A DNA stretch of 62,183 bases, filler included, from Sphacelaria rigidula (taxonomy: Eukaryota), in the NCBI GenBank assembly GCA_964200075.2. It is 11 parts of 11 records of this genome, joined end to end, with 100 filler letters (N's around TTAATTAATTAA, not from the genome) between each part and the next. Parts side by side here need not be neighbours in the genome. Positions count along the whole stretch, not along the records: positions 50,960 to 56,521 come from CAXNAA020026315.1; positions 56,622 to 62,183 come from CAXNAA020026316.1; 9 more parts are not named here. One strand, written 5' to 3'. Shown here piece after piece: positions 52,756 through 62,183 of the stretch. How positions within the stretch are numbered: position 1 is the stretch's first letter; every line of letters starts with the position of its first letter. The position numbers and the translations under genes are program-made. Under the pieces are notes generated by a model. That model did not search any database and was not told the origin of the DNA. It saw only the letters and a list, made by a program, of their open reading frames with translations.

Positions 52756-53786
52756 TTTACCCATAACATAAGGACTAGAGGAAGTGTCGAGTTTAAAACA
52801 CCTCGTTACAACAGGTGAAACGTCGGCTATGTGGTTTGCATTATGAAACCGGTCGCATGTGAAAACTGCACAAAGACAAGATGAACACTCAGCAGGTGGA
52901 AGCTATCGCGCGGCTTCCATCAACGCGAGGGGAGGCACTGCAAACACACAAAAATACTACATGGGCGATTGATACAAACGTTTACGAATACTTTGCCGCA
53001 TGCACAACGTATTTATAGGGGAAGGCGGTGATGGCACCCCATATCGCACGCGTGCGTTCTTCGTTGAGAGGCGTTCCATGAAGAACAGTTCCCACTGATA
53101 TGTCCCGAGTCCGGAAGGCCCGTATACCTCAGCCTCGGCGCCTTTTATCTGTTCGTGTGAGGGACTGCTTGTCAAACCCCCCACAAACCGAAGCTGCTCT
53201 CCCCCCATTCTCCAGTCATCCGGGGAAGAAAAAAATACCGCTCGCACCGATCATGCAGCAGCGTAAATGTGCATTTCAACTGTAGCAGCTGCAGGAATGA
53301 CCTCGTGCACATACATACTCGCTAGGTAACGTCATTTTTCTTCATCCTCGGTTCTTGTGGGGTGTGGGATCACCTCCAGGTGAATCCGCAACTCGACCCG
53401 ATTTTTCTCCTTTTCATCAGCACATGACTTTATCTTTCTCACTCGCGGGCAACTGTTGTCAACCCCTCCCAATTGTGGTCATCCTCACTACGAGTCCGGC
53501 GAGGGACTAATTACACCGGCACTTCAATTTGGAGGCCTTACAACACCTAGCAGCTCCGAAACCCTACCGTTTGAGGATAAAACTGAAATTCGGAGTGTGG
53601 AGTCCTTTTGAGTAATGGGAACCCCACCTAGCCTGAGTGATAACGCTTCGCGACGAATGCGGGTCCCCTTGTTTCGGCGATACTAGCTACCAACTTGGTC
53701 GTATAACAACGGTTTGAAAGCGAAGGTTGATGTTGTCTTCCGTTTCGTCATTTGCACGGCTATCAAATGACCAACCCTCACCCCGC

Positions 53787-56106
53787 ATGCCGTCGCGTCT
53801 TGACCCATGTACCTGCCGTACGGTACCTTCCACCCATCAATCTCTGCCATCAGGAAACGAGGTCAGTGTCACCGTCAACGTGAACAATGCGCCCCTGGTG
53901 CGCGAACAAGAGCAGCTCAACGAGTTACTGAATGCTATATTGCAGGCGTGCTATGTAGAAGAACCGGCGGCACCGAGGCAAGCAGTGCCATCGGCGGATA
54001 CGCCACAGGCGGAACAGGCGGCAGCAACCGAGGATGACGACGAGAGGTACTCGAGCTGTGAGGAAGGCGTCGTCATGGGAGAGCAGAAGGGGCGGGTGAT
54101 TGGTGGTTGCGTGGAGGCAGAGGGTGTCGCAGTGGCGAGGCAGGTGGCTGTGTCTGCCGAAGCAGAACGTTTGCCGCTATCGGTAGATGCCGCCGCCAAT
54201 TCGAGACCGGTGGCAGCAGCGGAGGAAGACGAAGATAAGTATTCGAGCTGCGATGAAGCCCCCTGCAAGGAAGAGAAGAACGGAGGGGTGATCGGTGGGT
54301 CCGGGAAGATGGGGGTTGTCGCGTTGGTGGGGCAAGCGGCCGTATCTGCCGAAACAGAGCATATGCCGCTATCGGCAGATGCCACAGCCAATTCGTCGCC
54401 CGACTTGGGGTTGGAGGTAGCAGGTGTAGCGGACCAGCAGGCACCGCCGGGAGACACCAAGACAATGGGCGCAGCTGTGGAGACACAGGCGGCGGAGACG
54501 GCCGAAACGAAGTATTCGCCGCCGTCGGTAGCCGCTGCCGTCAATACCCCTCCGGATACTGGGGTGGGAAAGACCGGTAAGGCGGCTGAGGCTTTCCCGA
54601 GGGATTCCCTTGAGATAGATCAGTTAACGACCGATGCGTTACGCAAGGAGGCCGATGATGCAGTATGGAAGATCCGACAAGACTTGGGCGATATAGTGGT
54701 AAGTACAGGGTCAACGTTTCGTCGCTCTGGCGGGTAATATTTGAAATAGCAAACGGGTATGCGAAGGCTTGGCATCTTGCGTCGTGATCGATGCAGGCAC
54801 AGTCTCGGGTCAGTGTTCGTGTACAATGCAGCGTGCGTTTTAGCTATACGAGGAAGAGCCAATGTTTCTTTCCTGTAGTGCAGTCAGAACAATTCCAAAG
54901 AATAAACCTGCTGCGGTCACTGGGCGATGAAATGGTTGTCGGTGATTTAAATGCTGGGCCTTGGAGACTGCGATGCATTGGGCTCGCGCGATCTAGTCAC
55001 TCCTCATTCTCTGGTTTATTGTGTATCCGTTGCGCTATTTGGTTTGGTCGTCGTTCGTTTATGAAGCGCATGTTAGCTGACGTCGAGCGGAATAACGGAC
55101 AATTGAAGGAGCATGTGACCACGCTCGAGGAGACAAATCTGAGATGGGAGGTGGGCTTACGAAGCGTTGCGATTTTTTCACCTGTGTATCATCTGCCTTA
55201 CTCTTCTGTACCTCTTTACTTCGCACAACTGCACGCAGCCGTGCTGCTGGGTTGTACTTTTCCAGTAAAACGTTTCCAGTAAAAACTGTATTAATCTGTT
55301 GTCTTCTCATGTCCTTTTGCTGGTGCGCTTGAATCTACACGCGCGATTCACTGTGATGCCGTGGTGCAGCAAGGAAGGGGTAAGATAGCTGCCGCCTTCT
55401 TTTTCAAAAACGAGAATAGTTTTCAGAACTACCGCTTGGCCAACGCAGTTGTGCTTCGTGTGCTAGTTCTGGTATTCTTGCCATTGTTCTTGAGACGAGA
55501 AAAGGCCAACCCCGAGAATTGAGGGTACCAAAAGGTACGTGTCTACGTTGGTAGTTCCCGGTGAATATTCAGGAAGTATATGACGCCATCACCCAGTGCT
55601 GACGACTGCGGGCATCTCTGATGAAGCATGCATCCTCCCCCTGTTCTCCGTCTTCATACCATGTCCCTGTGTTGTCAGTGGGCAAAATCAACCCCGGAGT
55701 TGTGCCGCCGGTTCAGGTGCAGCGGAGATGGTGTTGACATTGTTGGCTCAGTCGTTGGTCTTTGGTAATCGAAGCTGCAGTGTTCCAATCCCGTGTAGAC
55801 TTCTCCTGCATGCTCTGTTGGTGCCGTCTTGTTTGCTATTCCGCTGCTCAATAGGGGGAGCAGTCCTCGTTCCTTAGGCGCATCTCCGAGCTCGACCGCA
55901 AATGCTCCGAAGCCGTTTCCCTCCGGGAGAAGGAGAAGATGAAGGCGATGACAACGATTTCCGCACTTAGGACCAAGCTCTCGAACACGAATGAGGTGCT
56001 TCGGGTAACGCGGTCCAGGGAACGCAGTTTAGCCCTCGATGTCAAGGAGGAACGAGCCTGGACCAGCTGCCTGGTGGAGCAGATCAGCGACCAAGATGAG
56101 CTAAAG
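53787..56106 (+). CDS. Spliced gene fragment: acidic Ala/Glu-rich N-terminal region with a 64-aa internal duplication, then coiled-coil exons
   Basis: Exons ~53787-54698 (gtaagt), 55067-55150 (aag|..|gtggg) and 55855-56106 (tag|..|gtgagc) are all phase 0 and join into one open frame. Exons 2-3 have heptad-like sequence. The start codon is uncertain and the 3' part lies beyond the scaffold. Confidence 0.7.
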
Positions 56107-56873
56107 GTGAGCAGAAGGACAAATAATGACTATCTCGAGTGTTGACAGTGTGATATCCGGTTCGTATGTGTGTGTGTGTCGCTGTACTTTTCGTGAGCCG
56201 GCTGTCTCCAGGATCCTGTTTTCCTCAAATTCGTTCCTGCTTGGCGCGCGCGGCGCTTAATCGGTCGCGTGGTTGCTGACGACGTTCAGCAACCACAGGA
56301 CGTTGCGCACGATCGTTTGCGGTGTTTTTGCCATGGACACATGATACCCGCATGGAGTACCCCCCTTTGCCCCTGGAATTACCCCCGTTCATATTCCAGT
56401 CGTATCAAGATTCGGTGATATCATGTGGGCGGTTGGTGCTGGCGTGCTTTTATCGACGAGGAGCAGTGTTGCGGATCGCCCCCCCCCCCACTCCCCCTCC
56501 CCCGCCTGGTCCGGCGAGAACNNNNNNNNNNNNNNNNNNNNNNNNNNNNNNNNNNNNNNNNNNNNTTAATTAATTAANNNNNNNNNNNNNNNNNNNNNNN
56601 NNNNNNNNNNNNNNNNNNNNNTGACATGCTCCCGTGGCGATAGTCAGAGATGCCTCGTGTCTTCGTAGTTTATGGGGTGTTGGTCAATGGTGTTCGGTTC
56701 GCTCGGGTACCGCACGAGAAAGCACGAGACGCAAAAGACGACCAAATACTGCAAACAACTCACGAATCAAAGCCAAATGTTGCTGTTTCTCCGCTTCTAC
56801 TAACCGGATGATTGGTCCACACGTAGACCTCCCCGAAGACATCGAGGGGAAAATCGACAACGTGCGCCAGCTA

Positions 56874-57690
56874 CTGAGAAGCAGGTAGCTCAGAGGCCGG
56901 TAGCAGTCTAGTGGTAAGGAGGGAAGAAGAGAACGCCCGGGTGTGCTGGGAAGCAAGTGGGCCGATGGCCGCGAGCAGCCCGGTCACAAGGAAGCTTGCA
57001 GGGAACACGTAAAGCCACTGGGAAGCAAGTAGGCCGATGGCCGCGAGCAGTCTAGTAGCAAGGAAGGAAGAAGGGAACGTGAAGATGTGCTGGGAAGCAA
57101 GTAGGCTGACGGCCGCGAGCAGTCTAGTGGTGAGGAAGGAAGAAGGGAACGCGTGGATGTGCTGGGAAGCAAGTGGGCCGATGGCCGCGAGCAGTCCAGT
57201 CACAAGGAAGCTTGCAGGGAATACGTGAACCCACTGGGAAGCAAGTAGGCCGATGGCCGCGAGCAGTCTCGTGGGAAGGAACAAAGTAGGGGACGCGTGG
57301 ATATGCTGGGAAGCGAGTAGGCTGATGGTCGCGAGCAGCCCAGTCACAACGAAGCAAGCAGGGAATACGTTAACGCAGCACTGGGAAGCAAGTAGGCCGA
57401 TGGCCGCGAGCAGTCTCGTGGGAAGGAAGGAAGCAGGGAACGCGTGGATATGCTGGGAAGCAAGTAGGCTGATGGCCGCGAGCAGCTCAGTCACAAGGAA
57501 GCAAGCAGGGAATACGTTAACGCAGCACTGGGAAGCAAGTAGGCCGAGGGTCTCGAGCAGTCTAGTGGGAAGGAAGGAAGAAGGGAACGTGAAGATGTGC
57601 TGGGAAGCAAGTAGGCCGATGGCCGCGAGCAGCCCAGTCACCAGGAAGCAAGCAGGAACATGTGAACGCACTAGGAAGCAAGGATACACT
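56874..57690. repeat. 72/75-bp minisatellite, ~11 units of two subtypes
   Basis: ctgggaagc recurs at ~56946, 57018, 57090, 57162, 57234, 57306, 57381, 57453, 57528 and 57600. Confidence 0.92.
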
Positions 57691-60600
57691 GCAACCCGCG
57701 GACAGCACGGAACAGTATAGCACAGCACGCGTCTGCGTGCTTGAAGCGACTCCTCTAGCTGTTTATTTTCCCGAGCTAGGCTATTATTGACGGCCTTTCT
57801 GCTGTGTCATATTCTGTTCTGCGGTCCGGTTGGCTCGAATACATGAAACAGTACGAAAACAGCTTCAGACGCAGCACCAGCACTGCAAGAGGCGCCCCCA
57901 CATGTTCTCGTGAGTTTTTGGAGACACTCCGGCAACGCTCACTGCAGTCAGCGGACAGTACAGTGCAGTGTCGTTCAGCATAGCGAAGTACTGTGCAATC
58001 TGTAAAGTGGAGAGTAGACAACAGTACTACAAAACCTTTCATTCCTCCGGCATGAGTCATGGGGACATATTATATTTCTCCCCTATCATTTATGTAGCAT
58101 GAATCCCATGTACCTGTTTTCCACCTTGCATTCGTGCAGCGTGAATCATAGGCACATGCTCCCCATCTTCCACGGTTAGGACGAATCAGAGTTCATACGA
58201 GTTGGCTCCCCATGAAATGACAGCACTCAACCTGTATAAATTCTTCGCCCCGCTGAGTCGAGGGTGGAAAACACATATGCAGCGCAGGTATCTTGCGCGG
58301 GTAACAGCTGGGAGAAAATTACGCGTGATTCAGGGCCCATGAAATGACAAGATCCAACCTGTACGAATTGTTGGTCCCGCATTAACCCGAAGGTGAGAAA
58401 AATATACGGACGCTCACCTCGAACGACTCGGTCAAGCGAGTTGTACATGACGTTCCCCCCTCATGATGGTGAAACGTACGTAGCATGTACAATCGATTCG
58501 TTCAAGTTTGCAGTGCAGGGGATGACTGTGTGCCCGCCCTTCACCCCGGTGTTCACTGAAGGTAGGAAGCAGGTATCTTTGTCATGTACTGCACGACGCA
58601 CGAGCTGAAAAGCTGTATAAATTACAAATGAAATCGTATGATTTATTCTTCGGAATGATGAATATGAGTTGAATCACGAGTTTTGTCGTTCTAATCGTGC
58701 CACCTTCCCTTAATACGGAATGAAGCACGCGTACGTGTATATCCCCTTTACTTCACGCAAGCGTGAGGTATAGTACTACTGTAGATACATGTTCCTCACC
58801 TTCCGTTCATATAGTACGAGGTGGATCAACCGTACACGTTTCCAAATTTCCATGCATATACAGCACGAATCATACGCCCGCGTTCTCCGACTCACGTTCA
58901 TACGAGGCGATTCACGTGTTCATGTTCCCCAGTTACTTTTCATGCAGCATGAATAATTGCACGTATATATATTCCCCACCTCCCACTCATATGAAATGAA
59001 TCAAGTGTACAGGTTTCTCACCAGTGATTCATACGGGAATTGTGATTCGTGCATATGTTGCACTCTTGATTCATGTGGCACTGTTGTTGAAAAAAGAGGA
59101 TAATCTAACAGGCTGTCCTTTTCCGCGCCGTAGTAAAGCCTAATACCACGTGTGAAAAAACAAATTATCGGGCATGCTGCCCGGGGCGTGTGGATGAGGC
59201 GCTGAAATGTGTTTCCGAGGTGTTAAGCCCGCGTGCAGCGCTGCGCCCCGAACCCTCCTTCTGTACGTTGCCCTTTCATTTTCAATGCGAATGAACCCTT
59301 CCATCTTCAGGGTAAGCGATCTGCTGCATCGGCATTATTTAACCTCATGTTTCAAGTGTATATGATATCGATCCGACAGACCACCTACCCCATTCATGCA
59401 GCACATCCACGTGTTCCCTTCCTCCTTCCTTCTATCTAGATTATGCCTCTTCGCAATCAACCCGTTGACCATCACCAGGATTGGCAACCTGGGCCAAACT
59501 GTAACCTTTCGAGTGAAAATGATGCCGATTCCATAGTTGGACACCTTCCGCGCTAATCCAATCAAAAGCCCACACTCCATCAAATGCCAGACACTCAATC
59601 TGACGAAAGGTTCTCAGAGAATCTCATGAAAAGCAAATATTCCGAATCTGCCCCAAATTTCCATGCGCGTCACACTCCTTAGGCGAGATGAAGAGCGGTA
59701 GAGGTTTTATTCCGTGAATCATCATTCGGAAGAGTGGTTCTACGGCAGGGGTGCACATGTCTTTTCTCAGGCTCTGCACTGTCGGAGTCTCTGGATGACA
59801 AACACCCAGGTCTTAGTGTGCAGCCTCAGAAAAAAAAAAACGGACTAAAACGTTCATCCCTACCGTAAAACCCTCGTGAGTCATAGCCGAAACACCTCGA
59901 GTATTCAACGTAAGTTTTTATGCAGACCGATCTTCGTGCAAACATCGCAACGCGCAGCTTCCCTTTCCGACTTCGAGGAAGAGGGACCGAGGCGGTAGGC
60001 ATCAGAACGTTTCCGTTAGTACTTTAGTATGTTGCTCTGGAATACCATAATGCACGTGTCCATCCAGTTGAAGCCAAAGCGATTCCCAAGCAACCATACC
60101 CGTATTTGCTGTGAGCACGATGCAGTGAAGTGCCCCGACTCAGATGGTGGTGCTGCTGCCGCGCTGTCCAAGATTCAAGTCACACTAGGACGTGACCATG
60201 CGTCGCTGGCGGCCGTCAGTTCCCGAATATCAGCTTGTAGAATCAATTGACGTGGTGGATTCGACCAGAGCGCCGAGAACGCCTACTTCGTGCTTTGAGA
60301 AGGGTCATCTCGAGACGTCGGAACCCAGCGTTCAGTAAGAAGATACATGGCACCCAGTTACACGAGAAAACAAATGACAACGCTCATAAGTGAGGTAGCT
60401 CTGCCCGCGATGGAGAACGTTTAGGCGTAAGCACTACCTGCAGGGCTGCCACTGTCTCAGTGCGAGAACTTTGAGAAATAATTGTATTTCCCTTTGTCCT
60501 AATACATCTTTCGACACATCCACCGCCAAATACGTGAGCTATCTTTGCCGCTCTTGGGTAAACACGCCGTAGCTCAGAAGGCGCAGATTCGTCGCCCAAT

Positions 60601-61402
60601 ATGAGCTGCAAACTCATCCAATTATGGAAAAACGAACCGTTGTTGTCGGTATTGGCGGAATTTCCTCACCCATCAAGCATTTGGCTCTCCACCGTAGAGA
60701 CGGCACCCCGCGCCATTAATGGACTTTTTCGCGCTCTCGCCTGTGTGATAAATATAAACAACACAGTCCGACACAACGATGCGCGATTTATGGCGTAAAC
60801 AGTCGACCCACGCGAACAAGCACCGGCCAATGATTCTACCTTCCAAACGTGGTCAATGTCCTCGAGCGCTTGACGCGTCCCGTGTAAAGGAAAATGAAGC
60901 GCAGGCGTCGTCACCTCCTCCGTGCCCCTTCTCACCCCTGGCAATACAACACAAGGGAAACGCACCGTGTTACACCACTTCCAATCAACGTATGTGTTTG
61001 GTTTTACGGCACTCCAGTCGCCACGAAGCACTCCAGGTACCCACAAACCCGTACACTGTTGGGTTCCTGAACACAAACGCCCGAAACATTTCAAAAGTAA
61101 AGCCCAGGTCATCATACTTCACACATCCACGTACCCACCGCACCATGCCACCCACCTTGTTCAGCTCACGAATAACCCACTTCCCCCCCCCAGGTGAGTA
61201 GCCCGTTTCGTGATTGGAATGTAATTATATCAACTACTACTAGATGCCCTCTCACCCCCCGCCAATTTTTCCCGCATAATATCACCTATCCAACGCATCA
61301 AAACCCAGCCATGTAGCCAAGTGAGAACCATCGCCGAGAGAAAAACAAAAGGCGTGTGTGATTCAATTCGCTCCCCGAGCGGCGCAGGCGCACCGGCCTT
61401 GG

Positions 61403-61597
61403 TCATGCCAGGTACTTGTACATGCCGGGCTGGCCACGATCCCTGTCGAGATAGTCTCTCTTTATGAGCGACTCTATCATCTTCTTGAGGTCCGCCGTGG
61501 ACGCAAGGAACTTGACCGGGGAGAACAGCTCGCCCTTGAGGAGCGTGTGTGTCAACGTTTTCCGCACCTTCATGATCCATACAATCGCCTCGTCCAC
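61403..61597 (-). CDS. CUL4: Terminal exon of a cullin (neddylation/WHB domain), CUL4-like; divergent, possibly a pseudogene
   Basis: cag|VDEAIVWIMKVRKTLTHTLLKGELFSPVKFLASTADLKKMIESLIKRDYLDRD..YKYLA* matches the cullin C-terminal consensus DAAIVRIMK.RK.L.H..L..E......F.....DLKKRIESLI.RDY..RD....Y.Y.A. Cullin identity is strong, and the CUL4 subfamily call is less certain. Confidence 0.85.
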   Translation of the reverse strand: MDEAIVWIMKVRKTLTHTLLKGELFSPVKFLASTADLKKMIESLIKRDYLDRDRGQPGMYKYLA

Positions 61598-62112
61598 CTG
61601 GTCAATTCACAAAAATGTATGTGGCCTTCCATAACCCTACGCGGGGTGAGGGATATTCCGTTGTAGATACACCCGATGCAGGTACGAGCACAGGTGTACA
61701 CCTTGAGGAGGTATGGATATAGGTTTAATCCAAACACAACGTCATGACCTGAACATGTACCTCCTACCATTCAACCCACCCACCTCCTTCATTCAACATT
61801 GCACAAGAACAAAAATTCACGACTGTAAAGTTTGGAATCTGATGGGATACGAGGCCCTGTGAAAACATGAAACACGAGCAGCACTGCAGGCCGTCAGGAT
61901 GGATCACCCCAGACTCGAGGGGTGGCTCGAGTGGGGGGCGGTTCATCTACGCCACCAGGGGGATCAAGTAGCAAGACGCACGTCATCAACGTTGATGGTG
62001 GTTGTATCGTGGTCATCAAACCCCAGCTGTTCTGGACATGTCCGGCAAAGCGTATGAGCTGCCACCGGAAATTGTCGAGGCCGTCGACGATTGTGGTTCC
62101 GAAGGGCTCCCA

Positions 62113-62183
62113 GGGAGGAGGGGGGGGGGGGGGGGGGGGTACTCATGGTGATGCGTGCCATCGAGAGCAGGCCCTTGACCTCG
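62113..62183 (-). mobile_element. Diverged family B 3' end with a long C-tail
   Basis: Minus strand reads cgaggtcaagggcc..catcaccatgagtac followed by ~20 C. Confidence 0.6.

Noticed and set aside
5564..56621. Exact 5662-bp periodicity of TTAATTAATTAA
   Set aside because: Artificial linkers between length-sorted scaffolds, so it is not biological. ORFs running into the Ns are artefacts.

Overview
Eukaryotic, repeat-rich genomic DNA. Intron style and repeat content suggest a brown alga or other stramenopile (inference). The window is not one locus: it is 11 unrelated short scaffolds (5563 bp, then ten of 5562 bp) joined by artificial 100-nt linkers (N44-TTAATTAATTAA-N44) every 5662 bp, so nothing can be inferred across linkers. 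Mobile content: a near full-length degenerate APE/RT non-LTR retrotransposon, many 5'-truncated ends of two retroposon families, a ~1300-codon gag-like pseudo-ORF with a CCHC knuckle, and many MITE/foldback elements (hAT-, PIF/Harbinger- and CACTA-like). Host-like coding: a 500-aa low-complexity ORF, a 3-exon coiled-coil gene fragment, a membrane-protein terminal exon and a cullin (CUL4-like) terminal exon. Two unusual signals stand out. (1) A TIR-bounded array of ~25 units, each CAATATATATTG-N6-CAATATR-N17/18, with a fixed 42-43 bp period but spacers that are almost all different. (2) Two retroposon families both end in TGA-GTAC followed by poly(C) rather than poly(A), and repeatedly sit next to C-runs at their 5' junctions.
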